IMG/VR virus record: IMGVR_UViG_3300020402_000137
Location: 1-43,460 of that record
DNA length: 43,460 nt
Direction: 5' to 3' (one strand)
Origin: a virus
Taxonomy: Duplodnaviria > Caudoviricetes
The position numbers were made by a program, and so were the translations under genes. Shown here one piece after another: positions 15,636-26,067 of this stretch (within the stretch, counting starts at the first letter, position 1; every line of letters starts with the position of its first letter). The notes under the pieces are model-generated. The model was not told the origin of the DNA and did not search any database. It saw only the letters and a program-made list of their open reading frames with translations.

Positions 15636-16085
15636 TTATAGGCTTTTAAGAAACCAAATTTCTAATGCTATCGCTCCTATCGCTAGTATAACACCACCGA
15701 TAACAAGCATAACATTAATTGTTTGACGCCTTTTTTCTGCCATCTTTTTTAAATAGTCTGCGCGTTCTTTACGAACAGACGCTATTTCAGCTTGTAACCT
15801 TTCCCATTGTCCTGGCGCACCATACAATAGAAATAAACTACGGAGTTCATCACGCTTCTGTCTAAGTTCTTCTTTTTTAAAATGTCGTTCAATTGCTTTA
15901 TCTTCAGTAAAAGAAAATCTTGATGCTTTCTTTTTAGACTCGCCGAATTGTAAATCAGCTTCAGCCGTTGCGTACTTAGCAATTTGATGTCCAAGAGAGT
16001 TTAAATCACGCCCCGCTTTAACTGCCCTACTAATAGCAGATGCAGCGGTGGACACGGCGCTAAATGCCGTGATTGGATCAATCAT
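15636..16085 (-). CDS. Hypothetical protein with a C-terminal TM helix
   Basis: MIDPITA start, coiled coil and hydrophobic C-terminus. Confidence 0.8.
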   Translation of the reverse strand: MIDPITAFSAVSTAASAISRAVKAGRDLNSLGHQIAKYATAEADLQFGESKKKASRFSFTEDKAIERHFKKEELRQKRDELRSLFLLYGAPGQWERLQAEIASVRKERADYLKKMAEKRRQTINVMLVIGGVILAIGAIALEIWFLKSL

Positions 16086-16110
16086 TTTCCTTCCCCGTAA
16101 AAGATTATTA

Positions 16111-16305
16111 TTAAATTATTTTATTTATAAACATCATTATAAATCCTATAAGTGATATAGTTGAAATCATTACCATAGCTTCAATTCGCCAAATTCTTTT
16201 GTGTAAACCTTCAAGCTTTTCTAAAACATATTTATATCTAATAGCACACTCGGCTTCGTGTTTTTCTAACTCCGCCTGTGTTGTCTCAATGGTTTTTCTT
16301 GGCAT
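16111..16305 (-). CDS. Hypothetical membrane-anchored protein
   Basis: HEAECAIRY motif, C-terminal TM segment, AGGAG RBS. Confidence 0.75.
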   Translation of the reverse strand: MPRKTIETTQAELEKHEAECAIRYKYVLEKLEGLHKRIWRIEAMVMISTISLIGFIMMFINKII

Positions 16306-16314
16306 ATCTATCTC

Positions 16315-18855
16315 CTAAAACAATACTAATTTAGGCGTATAGAAACTATGACCATCGTCTTCAGGAATAGCGTAAGAACCACCATATCCCCACATAAAGA
16401 GTTGACCATCTTCTAGCAATGCAGCCCAACCACCTTCACTTGATTGTCCGTGTTGAGAAATCTGTATTACTTTGCCTGGTAATCCATAAACTTCGTAGAA
16501 CACTTGGTAGTTATTACCTGTTTGTCCTACACCGACTTGACCGTTTCCATTATAACCACAAACCCAAACCTTACCTTCTGAAGTTAGTACCGCAGAAGTT
16601 TGATATTGTGTTCCGCCCGCAAACATAGCTTGAGTGACGGTAAATGGATAACTAGCTGCTGATAGTGTTTGGTTAGCATAAGTTCCGTCGTTTTGTAGTA
16701 AACGGAATTTCATTTCTGTATATGTGTTTAATGCAGTTGTGTTACCTTGACCTAATTGTCCATAGCCATTGTAACCCGCAGCCCAAACGCTTCCATCAGT
16801 TTTAATAATCATTGTTGAATTATAGTTATCAGTACAATGTGTAACTGCTACTTTAGATACATCACTCATAACATTTGTTGGGTTATAGTAATTACCCGCA
16901 GTACCACCACGACCAAAGTAACCATTGTTATCATAACCCCAATTCCAAAGATTGTTGGCAGTATCAATAACAAAGACACCTTTGTGACTTACCGCAGCAA
17001 TTCTATCAATTACATTACCACCATTAGTCGGGCCAACCACAGGAACAATAGTCGGTGTTGTGTGGTTAGTCGTGTTATTTTCTCCGTGTTGGTAGTAACC
17101 TGTATATCCAACAGAATATACATCTCCGTTTTCTGTAAGAACTATTAGTGTTGGATTAGACGCACTACTAATTTCAATTTGTTTAGCTTTGTAAGCAGAA
17201 ACACCACCTACACCAAATGTAGGATATTGTTTAAACTGATATTGAGCCGAAGTATTACCTTGACCCATAACGCCGTGGCCATTGTAACCTGATCCGTAAA
17301 CGAATCCATCTTCGTCTCGAACAACAATTGCGCCGTTGTTTCCGTCAGTTGCGTGTGGTGTTGCTAGTTCAACAATTTTCTTTCTTGACGAAGGTACTGA
17401 TGTACTACCAATACCACCTGTATAGTTAGTTCTTGTAGAAATATTTACAGGTACACCTCTTCGTCCTTCAAAAGTTCCACCCCCAGTATTATTTTGAATA
17501 CCCATTTCGCCGTAGTTATTATTACCCCAAGTCCAAAGATGTTTGTTTTTATCAATACAAGCACCAAAAGAGTTGTAGTTTTGCATAAAGTTTCCTTCAA
17601 CTTGTGTGTCAATACCTGGAAACTCTTGCGGAAACGCTACAGGAATAGGTTGTGATCTGTTATTTGTAGTATATCCGATACCACCTTTGTAATTTCCGTT
17701 GTTACCCCACCATCTTAGTGAGCCATCTTGCATAAGAACCATTTGTGATCGGTAACTTCCCGCCATATCAACTTTTAATTTAGCAACTTTTGTACCTGAT
17801 CGTACACTTTCTTGTTCCCAAACAGGCATAAGTGTAGATTCGTCAATTTTTAAGACTTGATTTTCTGCACCAACAGGTAATGTTTGTAGTTGTGTGCCAT
17901 CATAGTACAATAAATCACCTTCAACACTTCCTGTCGAGTCTACACCCGTAGCAAATGTTGCCCAATTGGAAGAATTAACGGTCACCGACACCGATGCTTT
18001 TGCAGTTGGTAGCGAACCGCCCATTCCAGAATGGAAATGACAATAATAGTAGAGATTTGGGGCATCTACAGGTACTTGAATTTGTACATACCTTGTAGTT
18101 GCGTTGGTGTAAGCGCTAGAAGTGTAAGCAGCTAGACCATCACCAAGAGAATTGACCGTTAGTACAATATCAGTTGTACCTGTACCAACAATGCTTGATG
18201 CAGCAATAGTAATTGTGTCGTTGACGGCGTAACCTGTACCACTATCTTTTTTAACAATAGTCGCGTTACCACTTCCATCAATTTGTACATCGCAAATAAA
18301 ACCCGTTCCTGAACCACTTGAAGTAGTAGCAACATTAGAGTTAATGTTTGCGGTTCTTCCCGCATCATATCCACCTGAAGTTAGAGTAAATGCTCCAACA
18401 ACATTCTTATCTTGTGCCGCAGCACCATCTAGGTAATAACTTACGCCTGACGAATAGTTAGTTCCCGCACTAGGAGAGGTAGTGTGAGTTCCATCTGAAG
18501 TCGCGCTAAATAGGAGAGGATGATTAGCGTTAGACGAATCGTTTTGGTAGAACTTGTAAGTGTTACCTTCAATTAATTTAAGATATTTTTGTTTTACATA
18601 AGTACCAGAGCCATCAGTTACATCGATGTAAAAATAATTAGAGCCACCATCAGATTGTACTTTTGCGTAGTATTCTTCAGTAGCCGTACCTAAGTTTGTA
18701 GAGACCGTTGCGGGTACTACATTATTTGTACCATCTTGTGTACAAATATAAGTCGTACCATTAAAGGCCGCTATATCTTGTTCGTTGTAAGTTGCCGTGT
18801 TGGAATAATTTCCTCTCCACGAAAACTTAACCTTTCCTAATGAAATTGTCGTCAT
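16315..18855 (-). CDS. Tail fibre/receptor-binding protein with RCC1-like beta-propeller repeats and a cupredoxin-like motif
   Basis: Repeated DGxVWxxGYNGxGQLG units; NHPLLFS...YYYCHFHSGMG. Confidence 0.8.
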   Translation of the reverse strand: MTTISLGKVKFSWRGNYSNTATYNEQDIAAFNGTTYICTQDGTNNVVPATVSTNLGTATEEYYAKVQSDGGSNYFYIDVTDGSGTYVKQKYLKLIEGNTYKFYQNDSSNANHPLLFSATSDGTHTTSPSAGTNYSSGVSYYLDGAAAQDKNVVGAFTLTSGGYDAGRTANINSNVATTSSGSGTGFICDVQIDGSGNATIVKKDSGTGYAVNDTITIAASSIVGTGTTDIVLTVNSLGDGLAAYTSSAYTNATTRYVQIQVPVDAPNLYYYCHFHSGMGGSLPTAKASVSVTVNSSNWATFATGVDSTGSVEGDLLYYDGTQLQTLPVGAENQVLKIDESTLMPVWEQESVRSGTKVAKLKVDMAGSYRSQMVLMQDGSLRWWGNNGNYKGGIGYTTNNRSQPIPVAFPQEFPGIDTQVEGNFMQNYNSFGACIDKNKHLWTWGNNNYGEMGIQNNTGGGTFEGRRGVPVNISTRTNYTGGIGSTSVPSSRKKIVELATPHATDGNNGAIVVRDEDGFVYGSGYNGHGVMGQGNTSAQYQFKQYPTFGVGGVSAYKAKQIEISSASNPTLIVLTENGDVYSVGYTGYYQHGENNTTNHTTPTIVPVVGPTNGGNVIDRIAAVSHKGVFVIDTANNLWNWGYDNNGYFGRGGTAGNYYNPTNVMSDVSKVAVTHCTDNYNSTMIIKTDGSVWAAGYNGYGQLGQGNTTALNTYTEMKFRLLQNDGTYANQTLSAASYPFTVTQAMFAGGTQYQTSAVLTSEGKVWVCGYNGNGQVGVGQTGNNYQVFYEVYGLPGKVIQISQHGQSSEGGWAALLEDGQLFMWGYGGSYAIPEDDGHSFYTPKLVLF

Positions 18856-18870
18856 TATATTCTCTCCTTG

Positions 18871-20742
18871 TTAAAATATTACCTTTTTAGGTGTACTGAT
18901 GTTGATGTCATCATCGTTAGCATTTAATTGGCGACTACCCCAACCGACCGTGTACACATCTCCGTTTTCACCGAGCAAACACCAATTGCTTGCGCCAGTT
19001 GCGTCGCTTATATATCCCGCAACTTCGTAATCAATAATTTTATCGTTTACTTGTGCTGAAGGAATTCCGTCTGATTGAAAGTTATATGGATGTATGTTAC
19101 CGCTAGTTCCTGTGCCGTCTCCACCTTGGTTGTTATAACCCCAAGAGAAGAAGTAACCATCCGTTGTTAAACTTGCAAACACCCTTCCGTATCGTCCGTG
19201 GTGTGAATAAAATTTTGATTTATCGTAAACATTGGTACCAGGATGAATGTGTTTATATGTTTGATCTTTTCCATCTTCAGTTCTAAATCTTATTCTATTC
19301 CATCCACCGCCTGTGCCTGTACCTGTTGAATTATATTTGGAGTTTCCATTATATGCTCCGCCGACACTATATCCGACTTGCCATATAGAACCATTACCCA
19401 TTAATGCTGCATAAGATTCATAACCGCCCGCATTACCATAGGCGTCTATAACACCCCCAACATTAACGCCTGATGCGTTACCGCCGTAGGCAGAAGCACC
19501 CCCGAAGATCGTTTGTCCGTCGTTAGATGTTAGTTGTGAAGCTCCGCCGATTATTGGTGGAGTCCAACCAGGGTGTGAACTATACGCTGAAACTTGTCCT
19601 GTACTATTACCTAATCCCCACAGACGACCATTAGCGTCACCTACGACAATAGTTTCATAATATTGAGTACCATTCGCCCAATGTCCGTCAGATCCCGCAC
19701 TTCTCATAAAAGTAAAACTAGGGTTAGATACGCCTGTATATTCTACGAAACCTTCATATAAATTTGATGAATGTAAATTTCTACTTTGATAACCACAAAT
19801 ATATAATTTTCCGTTAGTATCTATTAGTGTTGTTGTAGCGTAGTTACCTGAGTTTAAAAATATTGCTTTATTTCTAATTGGTGGCATTGCCGTACCATTA
19901 GCAAGTGTTGTAACTTTAGTTGGTTTTCGTTGTGGACTAGTTGTACCCCCATAGCCACATTGACCATCTGAGTTAAATCCCCACGAATAAACACCACCTT
20001 CGTCGTCTTGCGCCCACATACAAGTGTGACCTTGACCAACATTGTAATCTCTATCGGTAATAAACCACACGATTTTCTTACCTTCCATATCAGTACCTTC
20101 ACTAATATTTACAAATCGGTATTGCGCTTGGTTTGAGCCATTTCCGTGATTAGGTTTCCAAGACCAACCACCCCACTCACTATTACTACCACACGCCCAA
20201 AGTTGATGATCTTGATCAAGACAAAATATATTGTTTTCCATTTGAAACGCATCAATGATCATTCGATCGCCTGGTAACGCAACACGAGTTGGATTCATAG
20301 ATGAAATATCACCCATATTACCTGTACCCGCTTTACTATTTCTTAGGTCTCCCCAAACTCTAAGAGATCCGTCTGTCATAATTGCGCCGTGTACATATCC
20401 GTGTTGATAAGACGAACTTGTTTTCTTTTTACGCATTAATTTAACGGCTCTAGTTCCTGGTCTTTCACCTGGAAATCTAAACTCGACCGTTCCGTTTTGT
20501 GAATGTAAATAAGTATTCTTTGCGCCTGTTGCTCCGCCTGTTAAAGAGGTAGTTACTAATTGTCCTTTTGTAGTTGCGTGTTGTTGACCTTTAGCAAACT
20601 CAATCCACGCACCATTATAATAGTAGTAAACTTCTCCATCTTTTCGTACAACATCATAGTTTATATAAGTAGAACTAGCGTTGAAGATACCTTTCCATCG
20701 ATAGCCAAGTTTTGTATAATCTATAAATTGTGTACTAGTCAT
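18871..20742 (-). CDS. Second tail fibre/receptor-binding protein with RCC1-like repeats
   Basis: DGSLRVWG, GGVYSWGFNSDGQCG and NGDVYTVGWG repeats; paralogous to 16315..18855. Confidence 0.78.
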   Translation of the reverse strand: MTSTQFIDYTKLGYRWKGIFNASSTYINYDVVRKDGEVYYYYNGAWIEFAKGQQHATTKGQLVTTSLTGGATGAKNTYLHSQNGTVEFRFPGERPGTRAVKLMRKKKTSSSYQHGYVHGAIMTDGSLRVWGDLRNSKAGTGNMGDISSMNPTRVALPGDRMIIDAFQMENNIFCLDQDHQLWACGSNSEWGGWSWKPNHGNGSNQAQYRFVNISEGTDMEGKKIVWFITDRDYNVGQGHTCMWAQDDEGGVYSWGFNSDGQCGYGGTTSPQRKPTKVTTLANGTAMPPIRNKAIFLNSGNYATTTLIDTNGKLYICGYQSRNLHSSNLYEGFVEYTGVSNPSFTFMRSAGSDGHWANGTQYYETIVVGDANGRLWGLGNSTGQVSAYSSHPGWTPPIIGGASQLTSNDGQTIFGGASAYGGNASGVNVGGVIDAYGNAGGYESYAALMGNGSIWQVGYSVGGAYNGNSKYNSTGTGTGGGWNRIRFRTEDGKDQTYKHIHPGTNVYDKSKFYSHHGRYGRVFASLTTDGYFFSWGYNNQGGDGTGTSGNIHPYNFQSDGIPSAQVNDKIIDYEVAGYISDATGASNWCLLGENGDVYTVGWGSRQLNANDDDINISTPKKVIF

Positions 20743-20752
20743 TATTTTCTCC

Positions 20753-21673
20753 TTATAGCGTTATCTGTAAATCGTTATTATTAATAGAAATTGTTATATT
20801 TTCAGACAACAACCAATTATCAAAATCTTTTACTGCTACATTTGCAGTTCTTGTGGATGTTAAATCTAAACTACCACCATTAATTTTAAGTCCATAGAAT
20901 ACAGGAGCTGCAACAGAGGATACTAAGTTATATGCAGTACCCGCCGTGTTTACCTGTAAGAATTTATTACCTTGTCCTGATAAAGTGCTTGGTATGTTTG
21001 CAGCATTAAGTGCAGCTATAGATGATGCTAAAGCGCTTTCAGCATCTGTCTTAGCAGTTTCAGCGTCGGTCTTTGCACTATTTGCATCGTTTCTATAACC
21101 TAAAGCATCTTGTCTATAACCTAAAGCTAATGCGGCGTCGGCTGATGCGGCCTGTTCTGCATTTTGTGCTTGACCCGCAGCCGTTTGTGCGGCCGTAACT
21201 GCGCCACCTGTAATCGCCGCAACAGATTGTTTATTAACCGCGTCGGTATTATTTACTGCATCAGCAACATTAACAATTCTTGAATTTAGTGCATCCCAAT
21301 TGTTTGAGTTATCTCTAGCAAGTGCCACTTCTTTAATATCGTTAGCTTCTTGTGCTAGAAAGAAACCTTGTAGTGAGTCTTGGTCTAAGATTTCTTCTGA
21401 TAAAACTGATCCTGTTTGATAATCAACAAGTCTAGCTGAAGGTGATGTTTCACGAGTAATAACAATTTTATCACCAATGACTATATTATGTGTTGCACCT
21501 TGTAGTCTTATATTAGATGCATCAATAAAATCATAAGCCGTAGTGTCTACACCATTTACGGCAACCTTAATATGACTCTTAGCAATGTAAGGAAAAGTAA
21601 TTGGGTAGTCTAAATTACCAGTGCCATATTGGTTATTTGAACTAGGTTCATATACTTCTCTTGCAAAAGCCAT
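20753..21673 (-). CDS. Tail fibre adaptor (T7 gp17 N-terminal domain)
   Basis: ITFPYIAKSHIKVAVNG, ITRET...LVDYQTGSVLSEEILD, WDALNSRIVNVADAVNNTDAVNK, then an Ala-rich coiled coil. Confidence 0.9.
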   Translation of the reverse strand: MAFAREVYEPSSNNQYGTGNLDYPITFPYIAKSHIKVAVNGVDTTAYDFIDASNIRLQGATHNIVIGDKIVITRETSPSARLVDYQTGSVLSEEILDQDSLQGFFLAQEANDIKEVALARDNSNNWDALNSRIVNVADAVNNTDAVNKQSVAAITGGAVTAAQTAAGQAQNAEQAASADAALALGYRQDALGYRNDANSAKTDAETAKTDAESALASSIAALNAANIPSTLSGQGNKFLQVNTAGTAYNLVSSVAAPVFYGLKINGGSLDLTSTRTANVAVKDFDNWLLSENITISINNNDLQITL

Positions 21674-24600
21674 TATTTATCTCCTATTGTAACATCATAT
21701 ATTTGTTTATAAATTTTAAATGGTAACAACTTATTACCTATTTGTTGAATTCGATCTGTATCGCCGTCTCGTATTGCGCCTGACAAATCTAATCCGTCTT
21801 CGACAAGACCCGCAGTTGGGCCAAGTAGTAAACTCCATCTGTTTTTCTCTGCGGAATATCTTGAAGGTTGTTCAAACACTCCAACAAATTTACCCGCTTC
21901 AGCAAGCGGAACAGACAACATCATTAAGAAACCCGCACGATCCATAACATCGTAACCCCATTGTGTAAGGTCTCGATCTTTTATTTCACCTTGGTATCTT
22001 AAATCAGAAAGCATTACGATACCTGTACCTAATGCTCCCGCTAATGTTAATGAACCAAACGCTTCCATATCTCCGTATCGTGCCATACGCTGAAACGCGG
22101 GTATCATATATTTTGTCATTGAAATAAATCCATATGTCCAAAACTGAAGGATGGATTTCCAAATACCATTAGACATAAAGTAAGGTAAGTCACCTTTACC
22201 AGGCGTCATAATTGAACGCGTCGCTACATTTTCAAAAGCAGTACGCATATCGTGATATGCTCGGATACCTTCTGCGCCTTCGTCTAACCAACGACCCATT
22301 TCTAATTCCCACGGAGCGCCAGGTTCTGATTTTGTAGGCGGATGTTTTTTAATTAATTTAAGTATTCTAGCAATTTGTTCTTTACCCAAACCAAGACTTG
22401 CAGCCTTTGCCACATCTCTAGCAAACTTACTATTAGGTTGGGCAGAAGCCTTTTCTATAAGCTTTGGATATTTTCGTAAAAATTCAACAAAGTTGTGTTG
22501 CATTTCCAACATTACCAAAGACTTCATTCTAGTGTTCCACCACCCCATAAAGCTAAGTGTGTTTGTTGCTCGACTAAGACCATCAAGAACTTTGTCTGTA
22601 TTAGATGTTAGATAATGTTTGATCGTTCCTGGCGCTCCAACTCCTGTCATTTCTCTAGTAGTTTCAGCGCCCGCCATTTTCATAGTACGGCTATTTGATA
22701 ATATTCGTTCAGATGCAATAGCAAGTCTAATGACCTCTTGGTTATTTAGACCGCTAAGTGCTTTTCTTAATTGTGAACTTTTTTTACTAAATAGATTCAT
22801 ATAACTAAATGAACCCCAACCTGAAGTAAAAACCACATTGGCTAGGTCAGCTAGTGAAGGTAAAAGAAATCCTGAACCATAACGAATGTAATTTAATGAT
22901 CGAGCCGCCTGACCCGCCCAAGCTAGTCCGTATAGTCCATTTGTGTTCGCATTTCCTAAAAGTCCTAAATGTCGTCTAAATCCTAGTTCAACATCTAATT
23001 TTGCATTATTAAGTTCTTTTTCTAATTTTCTAATAAAGCTTTTTGATTTACCCGCTTTTTCTGCTGCATTAATTAATCGTGTATAATCGTCAGTAATTTC
23101 ATTAATAAGCTTATCTAGTATTTTTTGCTCACTACCAAGCGCTTCACCATTAGCGTTAAACACTTTTCTTAGTGCAATACGCGCAGATAAATCTTCAAAA
23201 GATTTCATCATTACTCCGTAAAGGTCGTCTCTAAGAAAACCTAACTCTTCAGCTTCTCTTCGCATAGCGTTGCTTAATTTAAACTGACGCATTTTAGTAC
23301 GACCTGATTGTGCAATCTCGCCGTCTAAACCACCAACTCGCATATTACCTCTAGTCGGACTTGATAATGCAAGATACAAATCATCAATGTATTCTTGTAT
23401 AGAAGGTTTACTGCTAGTCTTTTTAAGAATTCTTTTAGCTTTTTTAATACCTCGTTTAGCTTTTCTAGCTTCAGTACCAAATTCTTTTTTAGCCGCATTA
23501 AGTATTTTTCTTTTTGCTCTTGCGTCTAATTTAGCTTTATTTGCTATTTTTATTTCTTCTATAACAGGCGCAAGTTTCTTACTATGTCTTGTAATATGTT
23601 TTTGCAAAAAGTTTGCTTCTTTGATAAGCTGATTAATTGTGCCTTCTAAACGACCTGTACGAGTGTTGTGAACTTTTTTATTCTTTAGTTTCTCAACAGA
23701 TTCATTTAACGCGTCTTCACCCGCTTTTGCGTAATTGTTATCTGCTTTAGTTAAATTTTCTCTAGCAAAGTTTAAATCATCTAAATCTTTAATTTCACCT
23801 TTACTAAGATTAGCAAGTCTAGCTTCAGCATTCTTTTCAGCTAATTTTAAAAGTTCTTCTGCTTCAGCAACTTCAGTTATTCTTTCCTTTTGTAGTTGTT
23901 TAGTTCTACCGCCAACATCGTGATATGCGTTGTCTCTTATAGAATCTTCTTCTAGTTTCTTTTTAAGTTTTAATTTTAACTCTTGTATTTGTAGTTTCTT
24001 TTTTCGTAGTTCAGCAATCCTAAGTTCTTGATCTCTAATTCTAGCCTCAACTACTTTTTGTGCTTCAGCGACGGTCGCATCTTTTATTTCAGTATCTGTT
24101 TTACGAAGTTCTCTTGCTGCAAGAACCGCTTTTTGTCTTGACGATTTTTCGTGTGCAATTGCTAAGTCTAAGTCTACTTCGGCTCTAGCAACAGCGTTGT
24201 TCTTTAATTCTCCTGACCAATCTTCAAATATTTCTTGTTTGATAGACATACCTTCATTAGTTTTATAAGTAGTTCCGTCTGTCGTAGTAACATCCTTAAC
24301 GCCTAAATCATCGAATTGTTTTTTAGTCATACCATAAGTATCAGCCAACCAATCATCAGGAATATCATCAAGCAACAATCTATAGAAAAAATCTTTAGCC
24401 TCTCTTGGACTCATTGCTAAAGCTTCAGATACCCAAAGTTGTGCTTTACCATATTGACGACCCATAGCCTCACTAGGTCTAATCATACCTGTTTCAATCA
24501 TCAGGTCTTCCATAATTTTATTAGCGTCGTGTATTAAATCAGCTTGCTCTCTGACGGTTTTTACAATTAATTCTGCACCCTCATCTCCAAATCTTTCTTT

Positions 24601-26067
24601 TAGATTTTTAATTTCGTCAGGGGAAATATCATCGTACAACGCTTTGTTTGTTAGATCAGTAAACTCAAACTCATCTAAATTACCTGTTTTATTGGTGGTT
24701 GTTTTGTTAATTTTACTTGGGCCTTTTAAAACATTCTTACCAAAGTCCATAACATTTTGTTGTATATCTTCTACAACTAAACCAATTTCTTTTTGTGTCT
24801 TACCCGCCATTTCAGCAAGTTTAATTCTTAAATCTACAAACCTTTGTATAGCGTCAGGGAACACACCCTCATCAAATATTTTTCTAATGTTATTAGCTTC
24901 GCTTTCTACATTTCTTACATAAATACCCGCTTCATTAGCTTTAGTTAAAATACCACCTGTATCAAACAACATTTCTCCAATTCTAGCAGCTCGGTCACTT
25001 ACGCTAGTTAATAGTCGATATATTGGAGATCCTACAATTCTTGTTTTAGCAATTTTATCTAGACCTTTCATTCCTACTTTACCAATAGTAGAAACAACGC
25101 CTTTCGCGCCTGTTTTAAATCCTGTAGCTATTGTTCCTGAATATTGTTTTACGGCCGCAGCTCCCGCCGATGTTGGAATTCCTGATGCTTGCCAAGTGTC
25201 GTCTACTGCTTCGTAAGTTCGTTTGCCCGCTTTAATAATAGGTTTAAAAACTACACTATTTGCTAGACCTCGACCCATATCACCAATTGCAAGGTAAACA
25301 GGATTGTCGGCTCTAAATGGATTGTTTGGATGACTATGGTGTAAAATACTACCTTTAAAACTCGCCGATGAAAACGCCCCGATACCACCACCAAGAACAA
25401 TAACACCGCCTAAGTTAAACATAGACTCTTCGAGTGTTCGCAACTCTTGTCTTAAATGTAACGATGCTTCTTGCGCGCCAACATAAATTGCACCACCTAA
25501 AGCATAACGACCTATAGTAGCTGCGGTCTTACCTTTTTTATATAAACCCGCAACAGGTATTAAAGTTGATATATCACCAAAAGTTGCAATACCACCAACT
25601 AACATTCCGAAGAAATTACCATTTGCTAATTCATTACGATAACCTTCTAGTTTTCTTAATCTATTAGCACGATCAATAAATTGTTCTTCAGTTTTAATAT
25701 CATCAAAGAAACCTTGCCTAATGTTTAAATCTTGATCGCCATAAGAATCTAAACGATCCATATAATATTTGTATGGATTAAATTTATAATTAGGATCATA
25801 TTCGTAGTTTGATGCATATTTATCTTTTGCACCAAAACCTTGTAGAGTCATATCTGCTAATGATCTGTCAGGATCATTTATTGTTGGAATAAGACCATAT
25901 CTAATAGAATCACCAATGATAGTTTCTTGCATATACATCTCACCGACCGTATCCCAAAATCCTAGACCTTCGTGTTGATAAGGCGTTTTATGATAATCAG
26001 GATTGTTTAAAGCTTTCATCGTGTTGCTAAAAACAATAGCTTGATTGGTGGTTATATTAGTTTTCAC
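21673..26067 (-). CDS. Internal virion protein (gp16-like)
   Basis: 1464 aa in the canonical position before the tail fibre; C-terminal TPGKGDLP...LQFWTY and LLGPT patterns. Confidence 0.75.
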   Translation of the reverse strand: MKTNITTNQAIVFSNTMKALNNPDYHKTPYQHEGLGFWDTVGEMYMQETIIGDSIRYGLIPTINDPDRSLADMTLQGFGAKDKYASNYEYDPNYKFNPYKYYMDRLDSYGDQDLNIRQGFFDDIKTEEQFIDRANRLRKLEGYRNELANGNFFGMLVGGIATFGDISTLIPVAGLYKKGKTAATIGRYALGGAIYVGAQEASLHLRQELRTLEESMFNLGGVIVLGGGIGAFSSASFKGSILHHSHPNNPFRADNPVYLAIGDMGRGLANSVVFKPIIKAGKRTYEAVDDTWQASGIPTSAGAAAVKQYSGTIATGFKTGAKGVVSTIGKVGMKGLDKIAKTRIVGSPIYRLLTSVSDRAARIGEMLFDTGGILTKANEAGIYVRNVESEANNIRKIFDEGVFPDAIQRFVDLRIKLAEMAGKTQKEIGLVVEDIQQNVMDFGKNVLKGPSKINKTTTNKTGNLDEFEFTDLTNKALYDDISPDEIKNLKERFGDEGAELIVKTVREQADLIHDANKIMEDLMIETGMIRPSEAMGRQYGKAQLWVSEALAMSPREAKDFFYRLLLDDIPDDWLADTYGMTKKQFDDLGVKDVTTTDGTTYKTNEGMSIKQEIFEDWSGELKNNAVARAEVDLDLAIAHEKSSRQKAVLAARELRKTDTEIKDATVAEAQKVVEARIRDQELRIAELRKKKLQIQELKLKLKKKLEEDSIRDNAYHDVGGRTKQLQKERITEVAEAEELLKLAEKNAEARLANLSKGEIKDLDDLNFARENLTKADNNYAKAGEDALNESVEKLKNKKVHNTRTGRLEGTINQLIKEANFLQKHITRHSKKLAPVIEEIKIANKAKLDARAKRKILNAAKKEFGTEARKAKRGIKKAKRILKKTSSKPSIQEYIDDLYLALSSPTRGNMRVGGLDGEIAQSGRTKMRQFKLSNAMRREAEELGFLRDDLYGVMMKSFEDLSARIALRKVFNANGEALGSEQKILDKLINEITDDYTRLINAAEKAGKSKSFIRKLEKELNNAKLDVELGFRRHLGLLGNANTNGLYGLAWAGQAARSLNYIRYGSGFLLPSLADLANVVFTSGWGSFSYMNLFSKKSSQLRKALSGLNNQEVIRLAIASERILSNSRTMKMAGAETTREMTGVGAPGTIKHYLTSNTDKVLDGLSRATNTLSFMGWWNTRMKSLVMLEMQHNFVEFLRKYPKLIEKASAQPNSKFARDVAKAASLGLGKEQIARILKLIKKHPPTKSEPGAPWELEMGRWLDEGAEGIRAYHDMRTAFENVATRSIMTPGKGDLPYFMSNGIWKSILQFWTYGFISMTKYMIPAFQRMARYGDMEAFGSLTLAGALGTGIVMLSDLRYQGEIKDRDLTQWGYDVMDRAGFLMMLSVPLAEAGKFVGVFEQPSRYSAEKNRWSLLLGPTAGLVEDGLDLSGAIRDGDTDRIQQIGNKLLPFKIYKQIYDVTIGDK

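Noticed and set aside
21109-21126. Short tandem duplication (ALGYRQD/ALGYRND) in the tail fibre adaptor
   Set aside because: Ordinary heptad repeat in a coiled coil.
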